A stretch of 64,000 bases of DNA from Candidatus Omnitrophota bacterium (GCA_037146775.1 JBAWWL010000008.1:6160-70159); one strand, 5' to 3'. Counted from the first letter of the stretch, positions 9,668 to 21,259 are shown. Notes: generated by a model not told the origin, from the letters alone. Numbers and translations are program-made.

Positions 9668-11422
9668 ATGAAAGTATTAGGCAGGGTTTATAAAGTAGTG
9701 GGCCCGGTGGTGGAGCTGGAAGCCGTAGAGGGTTTACGTATGCTTGATATGGTGGAGGTTGGCCAGGAGCATTTAGTAGGTGAGGTAGTGCACCTGAAAG
9801 AAGATAAAGCATATGTACAAGTATACGAAGAAACCACATCTCTTAAAGCAGGAGATCCGGTTTATGCCCAAGGGTTTCCTTTGTATGTTGAATTAGGCCC
9901 GGGGCTTTTAGGCAATATTTATGACGGTATTCAAAGGCCATTAGAAGATATCGCAGCCAGAGAAGGTTTTTATATCGGCAGGGGAGTACATGTTGCGGCA
10001 TTAGACAGAAAAAAGAAATGGAATTTTACTCCATCTCGACAGTGTAACGAACAGATTAAGCAGGGCGAGGCGTTGGGGACGATTCCTGAAACCGGTCTGG
10101 TTACGCATAAAATACTAGTCCCGATTGGTGAATCTGGCCGCTTAAAATGGATTGCTGCCTGCGGTGATTATTCTTTGGAAGAAAAGATTGCGGTAATAGA
10201 AACTGTAAACGGAGAAAAAGATATATATATGTATCAACGTTGGCCGGTGAGAAAGCCAAGGCCTTATCTCGAGCGGGAAGTTGTTAACGAGCCTTTAATT
10301 ACCGGGCAGCGTATTATTGATACTTTGTTTCCCGTGGCTAAGGGTGGCTGCGTAGCGGTGCCCGGAGGTTTTGGTACCGGCAAGACCGTGGTCCAGCATC
10401 AGCTGGCAAAATGGAGCAATGCCGACGTGGTTATTTTCGTCGGCTGCGGAGAACGTGGAAATGAAATGACCGATGTCTTGCTAAACTTTCCTAAGCTTAT
10501 TGATCCGCGTACAGGAAGGCCGCTGTCAGAACGAACTATATTTATCGCCAATACATCGAACATGCCGGTGGCGGCACGTGAAGCGAGTATCTATACGGGG
10601 ATTACGCTTGCTGAGTATTATCGGGATATGGGATATAATGTTGCGCTTATGGCAGATTCTACCAGCCGCTGGGCAGAGGCGTTACGGGAGTTATCGGGCA
10701 GGCTTGAAGAGATGCCGCTCGAGGAAGGATTTCCGGCCTATTTACCATCGCGTTTGGCTGAATTTTATGAGCGCGCAGGAAAAGTAAAAACATTAAATCA
10801 CGAGGATAGCTCTATTACCATCATTGCTTCGGTTTCTCCTCCGGGGGGAGATTTTTCTGAACCGGTTACTTCTCACACGAAGCGGTTTATCCGTTGTTTT
10901 TGGGCTTTAGATAAAGATTTAGCCAACGCGCGCCATTATCCTTCCATAAGCTGGATTGATAGTTATTCCGAATATCTCGATGATATTAAAGGCTGGTGGC
11001 ATAAAAATATTGATGAGGGGTGGTTAAAGTTACGTTATGAGATGATGGAGCTTTTACAGAAGGAACAACGTTTACAGCAGGTGGTTAAACTGGTTGGTTC
11101 AGACGTATTGCCGCAAACGCAGCGTTTAATCTTGGAAGTATGTTATCTTTTCAAGAATGCATTTTTGCAGCAAAGTGCTTTTGATGATGTTGACGCTTAT
11201 TCGTCAGCCCGTAAACAGTTTTTAATGTTGAAAATCATATTACAGTTTTATCATAAAGCAGAAATATTTATTAAGAAAGGAATGACCGTGACAGAAATTC
11301 GTGAAATTCCGATATATAATGAAATTATGCGCATGAAGCTTACCTATAGCGAAAATGATATTGACAAGGTGTTGGGATTACTTGGACGGATAGAAGAGTC
11401 TTTTGAAGGGTTGGGCTTCTAA
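9668..11422 (+). CDS. atpA: V-type ATPase catalytic subunit A
   Basis: P-loop [30 protein letters not shown]. Confidence 0.97.
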   Translation: MKVLGRVYKVVGPVVELEAVEGLRMLDMVEVGQEHLVGEVVHLKEDKAYVQVYEETTSLKAGDPVYAQGFPLYVELGPGLLGNIYDGIQRPLEDIAAREGFYIGRGVHVAALDRKKKWNFTPSRQCNEQIKQGEALGTIPETGLVTHKILVPIGESGRLKWIAACGDYSLEEKIAVIETVNGEKDIYMYQRWPVRKPRPYLEREVVNEPLITGQRIIDTLFPVAKGGCVAVPGGFGTGKTVVQHQLAKWSNADVVIFVGCGERGNEMTDVLLNFPKLIDPRTGRPLSERTIFIANTSNMPVAAREASIYTGITLAEYYRDMGYNVALMADSTSRWAEALRELSGRLEEMPLEEGFPAYLPSRLAEFYERAGKVKTLNHEDSSITIIASVSPPGGDFSEPVTSHTKRFIRCFWALDKDLANARHYPSISWIDSYSEYLDDIKGWWHKNIDEGWLKLRYEMMELLQKEQRLQQVVKLVGSDVLPQTQRLILEVCYLFKNAFLQQSAFDDVDAYSSARKQFLMLKIILQFYHKAEIFIKKGMTVTEIREIPIYNEIMRMKLTYSENDIDKVLGLLGRIEESFEGLGF

Positions 11423-11423
11423 G

Positions 11424-12824
11424 ATGAAAGATTATAGTTTAAGAGAATATATTGGTTTGGATGAAATAGTCGGCCCGGTATTTATTGCCCGCAACATCCA
11501 TAATGTTGGCTATAACGAATTAGTGGATATAGTTGACGAGAATGGTAAGTTGCGCTTAGGTATAACCCTTGAAGTTGGCAAGGGTTATGCGGTGGTAGAA
11601 GTTTTAGGCGGAACAAGTGGCCTTTCTTTAAAAAACTGCAGGGTACGTTTTAAAGAAAAACCGCTCATGATTGGCGTGTCGGAGGATATGTTGGGTAGGG
11701 TTTTCGACGGATTAGGTAATCCTTTGGATGGTATGCCAAAACCAGCCTATGATGAACTTGTAAACGTAAACGGTTTTGCGATTAATCCTACTGCGCGCGA
11801 TTATCCAAAGAATATAATTGAAACCGGTATTTCTTCGATCGATGTGATGAATACATTGGTAAGAGGGCAGAAACTTCCTATATTTTCCGGAAGCGGACTT
11901 CCCCACGATTTGATTGCAACTCAGATAGCCCGGCAGGCGCGCGCCAGCGGTGAAAGTTTTTGCGTTATCTTTGTGGCGATGGGGGTTAAGTATGATACGG
12001 CAAAATTTTTTATTAATAGTTTTGAGGAATCGGGAGTATTGGAGCGTGTTGCGATGTTTTTAAGTCTCGCAGATAGTCCTTCGATTGAACGCACGCTTAC
12101 GCCTCGTTTGGCGCTTAGTTGCGCAGAGTTTTTAGCATTTAAGAAAAATATGCACGTTTTAGTGATTATGACTGATATGGCGAACTATTGCGAGGCGTTG
12201 CGGGAACTTTCCACCATACGAGGAGAAATCCCGGCACGCAAAGGTTACCCCGGATACCTTTACAGCGACTTGGCGAGTTTATATGAGCGCGCGGGAATGA
12301 TAAAAGGAATAAACGGTTCAATTACGCAATTACCCATTCTTACTATGCCCAACGACGACATTACGCACCCTATTCCCGATTTAACAGGATATATTACGGA
12401 AGGGCAGATTGTTTTAGAACGAGAATTATATAGCCGGGGAATTTATCCGCCGATCGCTGGTTTACCTTCGTTGTCTCGTCTGATGAAGGATAATATCGGT
12501 AAAGATTTAACCAGGGAAGATCATCCGGCACTGGCATCGCAGCTTTTTGCCTGCTATGCGCGCGTCAAAGATATCAGGGCGTTAGCGTCCATTATCGGCG
12601 AAGAAGAATTGTCTCCGCTCGACCATCTTTACCTAAAATTCGGCGATGCTTTCGAAAAAAGATTTTTAAACCAAGGGTATCATGAGCGCCGCACCCTGGA
12701 GGATAGTTTAGACTTGGGATGGGAAGTTCTTTCGATATTCCCAACCAACGAACTCGTGCGTATACGCGAGGATTTGCTTACTAAGTATTACCGAAAAAAT
12801 GCGAGCAAACATAGCAGCGACTAA
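11424..12824 (+). CDS. atpB: V-type ATPase subunit B (start reassigned to 11424)
   Basis: [48 protein letters not shown]. Confidence 0.97.
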   Translation: MKDYSLREYIGLDEIVGPVFIARNIHNVGYNELVDIVDENGKLRLGITLEVGKGYAVVEVLGGTSGLSLKNCRVRFKEKPLMIGVSEDMLGRVFDGLGNPLDGMPKPAYDELVNVNGFAINPTARDYPKNIIETGISSIDVMNTLVRGQKLPIFSGSGLPHDLIATQIARQARASGESFCVIFVAMGVKYDTAKFFINSFEESGVLERVAMFLSLADSPSIERTLTPRLALSCAEFLAFKKNMHVLVIMTDMANYCEALRELSTIRGEIPARKGYPGYLYSDLASLYERAGMIKGINGSITQLPILTMPNDDITHPIPDLTGYITEGQIVLERELYSRGIYPPIAGLPSLSRLMKDNIGKDLTREDHPALASQLFACYARVKDIRALASIIGEEELSPLDHLYLKFGDAFEKRFLNQGYHERRTLEDSLDLGWEVLSIFPTNELVRIREDLLTKYYRKNASKHSSD

Positions 12825-13416
12825 AACTAATCTGTTGAAGACTAAAAAAACGCTGGCTCTCACTGAAGAGGGCTATGGGTTGCTGGATGAAAAGCGCAGG
12901 CTCTTGATCAGCGAACTTACCGCCCTGGTTCATATTGTAGATAAGGTACAGCGGGAGCTTGATAATGCCATGCAGGACGCGTATGAGGTAGTAGATAAAG
13001 CCATTGTTGTTATGGGAAGAAAAAAAATGGAAGAGTTAAGCTTTTCTATCGATATAAAAAATAATATTTCTATTACCCAGCGCCGTGTCATGGGCGTTAA
13101 CATGCCGGCGGTTGATTTAAAAATTGTCGAAAATGCACCTTATTTTAGCCCGCTACAAGTAAGTTTCTATGTTGAAGAGGTAATCGCCAAGTTCAAGGAT
13201 ATTGTGAAATTACTTGCCCAGCTTGCTGAGAAAAAAATCGCTCTTTTACGCATCGCAAAAGAAGTGCAGAAGACTATACGAAAAGTTAAGGCGCTGGAAA
13301 AAATACACTTGCCTTTTTATCGGGAAACGCTCAAATATATAACTGACAGGCTTGATGAGGAATCACGGGAATCATTTTCCATGTTAAAAATCATTAAAGA
13401 GCGTTTGCGGTCATAG
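12799..13416 (+). CDS. atpD: V-type ATPase subunit D
   Basis: [27 protein letters not shown]. Confidence 0.93.
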   Translation: MRANIAATKTNLLKTKKTLALTEEGYGLLDEKRRLLISELTALVHIVDKVQRELDNAMQDAYEVVDKAIVVMGRKKMEELSFSIDIKNNISITQRRVMGVNMPAVDLKIVENAPYFSPLQVSFYVEEVIAKFKDIVKLLAQLAEKKIALLRIAKEVQKTIRKVKALEKIHLPFYRETLKYITDRLDEESRESFSMLKIIKERLRS

Positions 13417-13455
13417 TATAATAATTTGGTATTTTAAGTAACATAAGGAGAGGAA

Positions 13456-13935
13456 ATGGCAATACAAACGATTGCAGTATCGATTTCCGGCAGTAATGCC
13501 TCTCTGATCACGGCAAAGTATGCTATTTATTTAGCTAAGCAGCTTCAGGCAAAGTTATCGGCGATTTATGTAGTTGACGAGAAGTCGTTGCATGAACTTC
13601 TAAAGAGTCGAATATTTGTGGAGATTGAAGCAGTGGAATACGAACATGATTTAAAAAATCAAGGGAAGACGTCTCTGGAACGGATTGTTAAAATGGCAGA
13701 AAGTAAAGGCGTTAACTGTGAGCCGCTGCTTCTTGAGGGGGTTATTCACGAAGAGGTAGTGAATAAAACTAAAGAATTGGCGGCCGATTTACTGGTTATC
13801 GGGGATTTGAAAGAGGTGTTGTCGGCAAGGGAAGTGTTTTACGACGAAGGGGAACGTATTTTTCGCGAGTCACCTTGTCCGGTAGTAGTGGTAAAAAATC
13901 CGCTTGAAGTAGAGAGACTTTATAAAGTATTATAG
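13456..13935 (+). CDS. Universal stress protein
   Basis: USP fold: IAVSISGS, ADLLVIG, SPCPVVVVK. Confidence 0.88.
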   Translation: MAIQTIAVSISGSNASLITAKYAIYLAKQLQAKLSAIYVVDEKSLHELLKSRIFVEIEAVEYEHDLKNQGKTSLERIVKMAESKGVNCEPLLLEGVIHEEVVNKTKELAADLLVIGDLKEVLSAREVFYDEGERIFRESPCPVVVVKNPLEVERLYKVL

Positions 13936-13973
13936 CAGCGTTCATGTAAGTATCATTTAAGGAGGTTATTCCC

Positions 13974-14447
13974 ATGAAGATCTCGGATTATTTGAAAAAA
14001 GAATTCTGCATAATGGATTTGAAAGCAACCAATAAGGAAGCAGCAATCAGGGAAATTGCCTGTCTGCTTTCGGACAGGGGTAAAGTTAAGGACAAAGAAA
14101 GATTCATTCAGGATATCCTAGAGCGAGAAAGTTTGGGCTCTACCGGTATCGGCCATAAAATTGCCATTCCGCATTCCCGCACAGATGTTATAGACGGTTT
14201 TGCCATCGGATTTGGTCGTTCCCGGGCCGGTATTGATTTTAAGGCGCTCGACGATGATAAGGTAAATTTGATTTTTCTTATGGGTGCCGATCCTCAGGAA
14301 TTAAATCTTTACTTACGGTTACTCGCCGAGCTTTCGAAACTTTTAATGGAAAACGCTTTTCGCAGGGAACTGCTTTCTGTCTCGACCGCTGAAGAGGTTG
14401 TGGAGGTAATAAAGAAGTTTGAGGGGGCGGGTGCAACCATAAAATGA
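13974..14447 (+). CDS. PTS EIIA component (fructose/nitrogen-regulatory type)
   Basis: RESLGSTGIGHKIAIPH phospho-His motif. Confidence 0.92.
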   Translation: MKISDYLKKEFCIMDLKATNKEAAIREIACLLSDRGKVKDKERFIQDILERESLGSTGIGHKIAIPHSRTDVIDGFAIGFGRSRAGIDFKALDDDKVNLIFLMGADPQELNLYLRLLAELSKLLMENAFRRELLSVSTAEEVVEVIKKFEGAGATIK

Positions 14448-15661
14448 AGCAGGCAAAAGAAGAAATCTTATCTATGGTTATGGCCGGAGGCAGGGGTGAA
14501 CGGCTTTATCCTTTAACTCTGGAACGCACTAAGCCTTCGGTTCCTTTCGGTGGGAAATACCGAATTATCGACTTTGCGTTAAGTAACCTGGTTAATTCCG
14601 GTATATACGCGATCTATGTGCTGGTGCAATATAAGTCGCAATCGCTTATAGAACATGTGCGTACTACCTGGAGCAAAGGCGCGGTATTGCCTAAACATTT
14701 TGTTACCGTGGTCCCGCCGCAGATGCGAAAAAAACAAGAATGGTACCGCGGGACTGCTGATTCCATCTATCAAAATATTAATCTTATCTATGATTTTAAG
14801 CCCCGGATAGTAGCGATATTTGCCGGTGATCATGTATACCGTATGAATATACGAGAGATGATCGATTATCATATACGCAAAAAAGCCCATCTTACCATTT
14901 CGGTGCTTCCCGTGGAAGGAAAGCAAGCGAGTGAGTTCGGCGTGGTGGGCATGGATGAGCATTGCCGGGTAACGCGTTTTGAGGAGAAGCCATTAGCGTC
15001 AAGACATAAAACAGTTTTTGCTTCGATGGGCAACTACATATTTGATACCGATTTTTTGGTCAATGTTTTAGAGGAAGATGCTAAGCGCGATACGGGCAGG
15101 GATTTTGGTAAAGATATTATACCTTATCTTATTAAAAAGCATGCAAAGGCGTATGCGTACGATTTTTCCAAAAATAATATCCCTTCTCTTAAAAAGCACG
15201 AAGCCGGCTATTATTGGAGAGACGTAGGTACGATTGCCAGTTATTGGCAGGCGCATATGGATCTTTTGGGCAGAGAACCGCGATTAGAGCTGGATAACAC
15301 CAACTGGCCGATTTATGCCTCCAACTTAGATAGTCCGCCGGCATATATCGTCGGTTCGGAAATAGAAAATTCACTCGTTTGTGAGGGGTCGAAGATCTAT
15401 GATGCAAAGATAAAAAATTCTATCATAGGCAGATCTGTAAAAATTGAACCCGGATGTCTTATCGAAGATTCTATCATTATGGATTTTGCGCATATACACA
15501 AGTCTTCATGTATAAAGAAAGCCATTATTGACCGGTTTAATATTTTGCAACGGGAAACATGTATTGGTTACCACAGGAAAGAAGACGGCAAAAACTATTA
15601 CGTAGATACTTCGGGAATTACCGTGGTGCAGCGGGGCTCGCGTAAGGCTTTCTACTTTTAA
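14444..15661 (+). CDS. glgC: Glucose-1-phosphate adenylyltransferase
   Basis: AGGRGERLYPLT..R.KPSVPFGG, WYRGTAD, FEEKP, YWRDVGT. Confidence 0.95.
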   Translation: MKQAKEEILSMVMAGGRGERLYPLTLERTKPSVPFGGKYRIIDFALSNLVNSGIYAIYVLVQYKSQSLIEHVRTTWSKGAVLPKHFVTVVPPQMRKKQEWYRGTADSIYQNINLIYDFKPRIVAIFAGDHVYRMNIREMIDYHIRKKAHLTISVLPVEGKQASEFGVVGMDEHCRVTRFEEKPLASRHKTVFASMGNYIFDTDFLVNVLEEDAKRDTGRDFGKDIIPYLIKKHAKAYAYDFSKNNIPSLKKHEAGYYWRDVGTIASYWQAHMDLLGREPRLELDNTNWPIYASNLDSPPAYIVGSEIENSLVCEGSKIYDAKIKNSIIGRSVKIEPGCLIEDSIIMDFAHIHKSSCIKKAIIDRFNILQRETCIGYHRKEDGKNYYVDTSGITVVQRGSRKAFYF

Positions 15662-15670
15662 TCGACGCGC

Positions 15671-15704
15671 AGAAATCCCCAGACTTTAGCCCGTGGAGGT
15701 TCAT
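15671..15704 (+). repeat. IS200/IS605-end-like palindromic element, uninterrupted copy
   Basis: AGAAATCCCCAGACTTTAGCCCGTGGAGGTTCAT, similar to the flanks of 113-204. Confidence 0.6.
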
Positions 15705-15716
15705 TTCAAATAAAAG

Positions 15717-16244
15717 ATGGATATATTTGAGGCTATTAAAAAACGGCGCAGTATTCGCGGCTACAAAGATAAACCGGTCGAAGAAGAGAAATTGATAAAA
15801 ATTATTGAGGCGGCCAGAGAAGCGCCTTCTGCTTCAAACCGGCAAGAGTGGCGTTTTGTAGTGGCAAAGGACAGCGAAACCCGAAAGGAGCTTTGTGTAG
15901 CTGCAAAAAACCAGGCGTTTGTCGCTGAGGCGCCGGTGGTTATTGCGTGCTGCGCACTCACGGATAATCACGTTATGACCTGCGGCCAGTTATGTTATCC
16001 GATAGACGTTGCTATCGCGATCGATCATATGACTTTAGCGGCTGCCGCACTTGGCTTAGGCACATGTTGGGTTGGAGCGTTTCGTGAGGAGGAGGTGAAG
16101 CGCATTTTAGCTATTCCCTCGACAGTGCGTGTAGTCGAATTGTTGACGCTGGGATATCCTCGCAATAATGAGGCCTCTCCTAAAGAGCGCTTGCCTTTGT
16201 GTAACATGCTTTTCTCTGAAAAATGGAATCAATCATACCTTTGA
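15717..16244 (+). CDS. Nitroreductase family protein
   Basis: RRSIR, APSASNRQ.W, GLGTCWVG. Confidence 0.93.
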   Translation: MDIFEAIKKRRSIRGYKDKPVEEEKLIKIIEAAREAPSASNRQEWRFVVAKDSETRKELCVAAKNQAFVAEAPVVIACCALTDNHVMTCGQLCYPIDVAIAIDHMTLAAAALGLGTCWVGAFREEEVKRILAIPSTVRVVELLTLGYPRNNEASPKERLPLCNMLFSEKWNQSYL

Positions 16245-16505
16245 CACATTATGGTGAGCGGGAAATCATCACGTATCTTTAACTTTTCTATCCATTCAGT
16301 TTTTCATCTTTTGTTTTGCGGGTAATTGCAAAAGGCTGAGTTTTAGCGCGAGGAAAGGGTTGCTTTTTGCAAAGTGAGTGATATAATAAACCACTTTTTG
16401 TTCTATTTTGTATTATTACCATAATACAGTATTGGGATTTATGTATTCGCAGCCGGGAAATTTTATGTGCGGCGGCTTGAGAATGTAATGTAAGAGGAGG
16501 AGACC

Positions 16506-17456
16506 ATGTATGATCTTATCGGACAACTCAGGGAACGGGCGAAGAGAGAGCCAAAAAAAATAGTTTTTCCGGAAAGCTCGGATGAACGGATAGTTGAGGC
16601 GGTAAAATATATAGAAAAAGAAGGTATTGCTTCGCCGCTTTTGCTTACCCACGACAACCTTGAGCCGGAAAAGCAGGAAGAGTTTGCGAATATTTTCTTT
16701 GAACGCAAGCAGGTAAAAGGCATTACGTTTGAAGAAGCAAGAGAGTTGACCGAAAATCCGCTTTATTATGCGGCAATGTTGGTAAAGCAGGGCTATGCGG
16801 ATGGTTTTGTGGCCGGTTCTACCTATACGTCTTCCGCGGTCATCAAAGCCGCGCTCAATTGTTTAGAGATTGACCGTTCTCTTGGCCTAATTTCCAGCTG
16901 TTTTCTTATGGCAGTTCCGAATTGTGTGTATGGTGAACATGGTGTGTTTTTGTATGCCGATTGCGGTGTGATTCCGTATCCGACCAGCGACCAGCTGGCC
17001 ACTATCGCGGTATCTACGGGGCGTTTCGCGAAAGAAGTTTTGGGTTTTAATCCCCGGGTGGCTTTGTTAAGTTTCTCTACGAAAGGAAGCGCTGAAGGGC
17101 GCTGGATCGATAAGGTGAAAGAATCGGTCGAAATTGCTAAAACTAAGAATGCAGGTTTTCCTATTGACGGTGAGCTTCAGGTTGATGCCGCTTTAGTCCC
17201 GGAGGTTGCGAGGCGCAAACTTGGAGATAGTGAAGTCGCCGGGCGCGCTAATGTGCTGATATTCCCAAACTTAGATGCCGGTAATATCTGTTATAAAATG
17301 ACGCAGCGCCTGGCAAATGCTCGGGCAATCGGGCCGCTTATTCTGGGAACCGTACAGCCGTGCAGTGATCTTTCGAGAGGCTGCGACATTGACGATATTG
17401 TTGATTGTGCAGCGGTTACGGTAATACGTGCACAGCTTAGAAATAAACAAGTGTAA
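16506..17456 (+). CDS. pta: Phosphate acetyltransferase
   Basis: IVFPE, SFSTKGS, DGELQVDAA, FPNLDAGNI, DLSRG. Confidence 0.94.
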   Translation: MYDLIGQLRERAKREPKKIVFPESSDERIVEAVKYIEKEGIASPLLLTHDNLEPEKQEEFANIFFERKQVKGITFEEARELTENPLYYAAMLVKQGYADGFVAGSTYTSSAVIKAALNCLEIDRSLGLISSCFLMAVPNCVYGEHGVFLYADCGVIPYPTSDQLATIAVSTGRFAKEVLGFNPRVALLSFSTKGSAEGRWIDKVKESVEIAKTKNAGFPIDGELQVDAALVPEVARRKLGDSEVAGRANVLIFPNLDAGNICYKMTQRLANARAIGPLILGTVQPCSDLSRGCDIDDIVDCAAVTVIRAQLRNKQV

Positions 17457-17489
17457 TTTTCTTGCAGCTCACCTCAAGCGTACAAGCCT

Positions 17490-18578
17490 ATGAAAATATT
17501 AGTTATTAATTGTGGAAGTTCGTCTATCAAATATAAGCTGTATGAGTTTCCGAAGCGCAGGCTTATCGCCAAAGGCCTTATTGAACGGATTGGAGAACAC
17601 ACATCGTCGATTGCTAATCATAGCCAGGGTATACAGAAGTTATTCGAGCGTTTACTTAAAGAAAAAAGTATTGCTCGCGTTGAAGAAATTTCCGTTATTG
17701 GTCACCGTGTGGTGCATGGCGGAGAAACATTTCGTAAGCCTCACATTATTAATGATGACGTTATCGCCAAGATAAAGGAATTCTCGCAATTGGCGCCTTT
17801 ACATAATCCGGCAAATTTAGCGGGTATTATGGGATGCCGGAAAATTTTGCCTCATACTCCGCAGGTGGCGGTATTTGATACGGCATTTCATCAGACTATT
17901 CCCGATTACGCGTATCTTTATGCCATGCCGTTTGAATATTATAAGTCACACGGTGTGCGAAAGTACGGTTTTCACGGAACCTCCCATCAGTTTGTAGCTC
18001 ATCAGGCCAGCAAGCTGCTTAAAAAGCCGCTTAACAAACTAAAATTGATCACTTGTCATCTCGGTAACGGTTGCAGTATCACCGCAGTTGATAAAGGAAA
18101 AGTTGTAGACACGTCAATGGGATTTACTCCTCTTGAAGGGCTAATTATGGGTACTCGTTGCGGCGACGTTGACGTAGCCGCGGTATTTTATATGATGGAA
18201 AAAGAAAAATTGACGATTGAGGAAATGGATAGAATTCTAAATCGTAAAAGCGGCTTACTTGGCATTTCGGGTGTCAGTAATGACATGAGGGAGCTTCAGT
18301 CTGCCATAAAGCAAGGTAAAGTGAGAGCAAAACTTGCCGTGGAGATGTTTCTTTATCGAATCAAGAAATACATCGGAGCGTATTATATGATTTTGGGGGG
18401 AGCGGATGCCATTTGTTTTACTGCCGGTATTGGTGAACATAACCCTGGCATGATCAATAATTTTAGAAAAGCCATTTATCGTATTGCTCCCAAAAAGACA
18501 AAGGTGCTGGTTGTTCCTACTGACGAAGAATTAATGATTGCGGCATTATCGTATAATGTTATCCAGGGAGAGGTGTAA
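17490..18578 (+). CDS. ackA: Acetate kinase
   Basis: INCGSSSIK, GHRVVHGG, APLHN, YGFHGTSH, HLGNG. Confidence 0.96.
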   Translation: MKILVINCGSSSIKYKLYEFPKRRLIAKGLIERIGEHTSSIANHSQGIQKLFERLLKEKSIARVEEISVIGHRVVHGGETFRKPHIINDDVIAKIKEFSQLAPLHNPANLAGIMGCRKILPHTPQVAVFDTAFHQTIPDYAYLYAMPFEYYKSHGVRKYGFHGTSHQFVAHQASKLLKKPLNKLKLITCHLGNGCSITAVDKGKVVDTSMGFTPLEGLIMGTRCGDVDVAAVFYMMEKEKLTIEEMDRILNRKSGLLGISGVSNDMRELQSAIKQGKVRAKLAVEMFLYRIKKYIGAYYMILGGADAICFTAGIGEHNPGMINNFRKAIYRIAPKKTKVLVVPTDEELMIAALSYNVIQGEV

Positions 18579-19147
18579 TGCGTTATGGTGCGATAGCCAT
18601 GATTTTTATCGGCATGGTTTTTCCGGTTTTTGCGTACACAAACACTATTTTGATGGTTGTACCGAACGCAGATTTCAGGGATGAAGAATTACTATTGCCA
18701 AAGAAAATATTTGAAGAGGCCGGCTACAAAGTCGAAATAGCCGCGGCAAAGCAAGGAAAGGCAAAGGGTGTGTTGGGTGCTGAGGTGACAGTGGAACGGA
18801 CTTTAGACCAAATACAGGTAGAGGCTTACGATGCGTTAGTTTTGGTAGGCGGTCCGGGCGCACAAGTTTATTGGGATGATAGCCGGCTGCATCATTTAGT
18901 GCAGGCAATGTTTAAACGGAATAAGGTGATAGGCGCGATTTGCCTTGCTCCGGTATCTCTGGCAAATGCCGGCATATTACAGGATAAAAAAGCTACGGTG
19001 TGGCACTCGGAGGCAAAGCGGCTTGGCCTTGGGGGTGCGCAGTATCTATCTGACGATGTCGTCAGTGATGGCAAGGTTATCACCGCCAATGGCCCGCAGG
19101 CAGCAGAACAATTTGCCAAAAAATTTTTGGAGGAGTTAAAAAAATGA
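18578..19147 (+). CDS. DJ-1/PfpI family protein with signal-like N-terminus
   Basis: FRDEE, GGPG, GAICLAP, ITANGP. Confidence 0.9.
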   Translation: MRYGAIAMIFIGMVFPVFAYTNTILMVVPNADFRDEELLLPKKIFEEAGYKVEIAAAKQGKAKGVLGAEVTVERTLDQIQVEAYDALVLVGGPGAQVYWDDSRLHHLVQAMFKRNKVIGAICLAPVSLANAGILQDKKATVWHSEAKRLGLGGAQYLSDDVVSDGKVITANGPQAAEQFAKKFLEELKK

Positions 19148-19506
19148 TGAGAACTATATTAAAATCAAAAATTTACCATGCTACCATTACCGACGCCCAA
19201 CTATATTACAAAGGAAGCATTACTATCGACGAACAGATTATGCGTGAAGCAGATTTGTATGAGAAAGAAAAAGTCGAAGTATTAAACTTGCATAATGGCA
19301 GCCGGCTTGAGACGTATGTGATCAAGGGCTCTAGCGGAAGCGGGATTATCTGTTTGAACGGACCGGCCGCGCGCATGGGGCATAAAGGTGACAAGGTTGT
19401 TATCCTTTCATACGGACTTTATAGCGAAAAAGAGCTTGAGCAAATGAAAACAAAATTAGTGGAACTAAGCGACGAGAATAAAATCAAGAATATCCAAATT
19501 GTATAG
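19144..19506 (+). CDS. panD: Aspartate 1-decarboxylase
   Basis: LKSKI, Y.GSITID self-cleavage site, RLETY, LNGPAAR. Confidence 0.93.
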   Translation: MMRTILKSKIYHATITDAQLYYKGSITIDEQIMREADLYEKEKVEVLNLHNGSRLETYVIKGSSGSGIICLNGPAARMGHKGDKVVILSYGLYSEKELEQMKTKLVELSDENKIKNIQIV

Positions 19507-19540
19507 CATACTTAATATGGCATAAAATTATGTTGCGGAA

Positions 19541-20056
19541 ATGAGTGAGAAAAAACTAAGAATACATACCTGGCCCGACAAAATATTACGTAAGCGTTGC
19601 CGCCGCGTAAAGGTTGTGGACGATAACGTGCGTGATATCTTAGACCAGATGCATGCGCTTATGGTGATACATAAAGGTATCGGAATTGCGGCCAACCAGA
19701 CCGGTGTAGACTTAAGCTTATTGGTCATAGAGACGCCCGATCATTGTCTTAAGCTCGTGAATCCCCGTATTATCAAGAAAGAGGGCAGATCAAAAATCTT
19801 GGAAGGGTGCTTAAGTTTTCCTGAGTTGGAGATAGAAGTAAAACGGGCAAAAAAAATATGGCTTTCCGCTCTCAATGAGAAAGGGGAGCCTGTTGATATG
19901 GAAGTTGAAGGGGTGATGGCAATTATTTTTCAACACGAAATAGATCATCTTAGCGGCATAGTATTTATTGACCGTATACCATTCTGGAAAAGATTAAAAA
20001 TTGCAGGGAAACTAAAAAAAATTAAAAAAATAACCAAGAATGAATTGTCAAAATAA
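19541..20056 (+). CDS. def: Peptide deformylase
   Basis: GIGIAANQ, EGCLS, QHEIDHL. Confidence 0.96.
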   Translation: MSEKKLRIHTWPDKILRKRCRRVKVVDDNVRDILDQMHALMVIHKGIGIAANQTGVDLSLLVIETPDHCLKLVNPRIIKKEGRSKILEGCLSFPELEIEVKRAKKIWLSALNEKGEPVDMEVEGVMAIIFQHEIDHLSGIVFIDRIPFWKRLKIAGKLKKIKKITKNELSK

Positions 20057-20240
20057 AGCGAACAACGCTAAAGCGTGCAGTTGTTCTTATCCGGGTTGTG
20101 GACGTAAAGGGATCTGCTGCGAATGCGTGCGTTATCATCTTTCTCACAACGAGATTCCCGGATGTTTTTTCCCTCCCGAAGCCGAACAGACGTATAACCG
20201 TTCAAAAGATTATTTTCTCTCGCTTAAAAACCATCCATGA
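20040..20240 (+). CDS. Small Cys-rich protein (DUF6485-like)
   Basis: C.C.Y..C.RKG.CC.C..YH....E.P.CFF pattern. Confidence 0.75.
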   Translation: MNCQNKANNAKACSCSYPGCGRKGICCECVRYHLSHNEIPGCFFPPEAEQTYNRSKDYFLSLKNHP

Positions 20241-21169
20241 ATCAAACGATTGAACTTGCCATTATCGGCGCAGGCGTTGCAGGCGTAAGCGCCGCTGTCT
20301 ATGCACATCGGGCAGGTTTACAGTTTTCTTTGCTTGAGCCACATGCAATAGGCGGGCAGCTTCTTTTGATGGAGCGTGTCGACAACTACCCGGGCCTGGG
20401 TGTTGGTACACAGGCACGGGTATTGGCGGAAAACCTTGAAAAAACTCTTAGCATATTACATATCGAGCCTATCCAGGAAGCGGTTACGTCAGCGGCGATA
20501 GAAAAAAATCAACTGCGTATTAATACCGACGAGAGGTGCATTGTCGCAAAGTCGGCGATCGTGGCAACTGGTGCATCATTTAAGAAACTTGCAGTGGAAG
20601 GGGAAGAAGATTTTAGCGGCCGAGGTGTTTCTTATTGTGCTATTTGCGATGGTTTTTTCTTTAAGAACAAAGTTGTTGCGGTGGTTGGCGGGGGCAATAG
20701 CGCGGTAGAAGAAGCGCTCTATCTTTCAAATATATGTAAAAAAGTTTATCTGATCCACCGGCGGGACAATCTACGGGCGATAGCGTACTTACAAAAAGAG
20801 GTTTCCGGTAAAAGCAATATTGAAATTATTTTTAATACCGTGGTTCGCAGGATACAGGGAAAAGATTTTGTGGAAACCTTGATTTTGGAAGACGTTAAGA
20901 CGCATGCCCCCAGAGAGTTTGCGGTAAACGGTTTATTCGTTGCTATCGGTGTTACGCCGGCTACGGAAATATTACGAGGTATCGTAACTATGGATGAGGC
21001 CGGTTTCATTATAACCAACGAAGAAATGAATTCGTCGGTTCCGTTTATTTGGGCATGCGGAGATTGCCGAAACCGTCCCTTGAGGCAGCTCATAACCGCG
21101 GCCTCTGAAGGAGCCACGGCAGCCATCAGTGCCTATAAATATCTTAAGGGCGGATATATTAGTGCTTAA
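20237..21169 (+). CDS. trxB: Thioredoxin-disulfide reductase
   Basis: GAGVAG, GVSYCAICDG, GGGNSAVEEA, GDC. Confidence 0.93.
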   Translation: MNQTIELAIIGAGVAGVSAAVYAHRAGLQFSLLEPHAIGGQLLLMERVDNYPGLGVGTQARVLAENLEKTLSILHIEPIQEAVTSAAIEKNQLRINTDERCIVAKSAIVATGASFKKLAVEGEEDFSGRGVSYCAICDGFFFKNKVVAVVGGGNSAVEEALYLSNICKKVYLIHRRDNLRAIAYLQKEVSGKSNIEIIFNTVVRRIQGKDFVETLILEDVKTHAPREFAVNGLFVAIGVTPATEILRGIVTMDEAGFIITNEEMNSSVPFIWACGDCRNRPLRQLITAASEGATAAISAYKYLKGGYISA

Positions 21170-21174
21170 TGTAT

Positions 21175-21250
21175 GATTACAGTGATTATAGATTGATTAC
21201 ACCGATTGAATATTAAAAAATCTGCGTAATCTTTTCTAGTCCGCGTAATT
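21175..21250. repeat. GATTACACAGAT-type inverted repeat element, copy 2
   Basis: GATTACACCGATT..AATCTGCGTAATC; same family as 8595-8703. Confidence 0.7.
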
Positions 21251-21259
21251 AAGAAAGAT

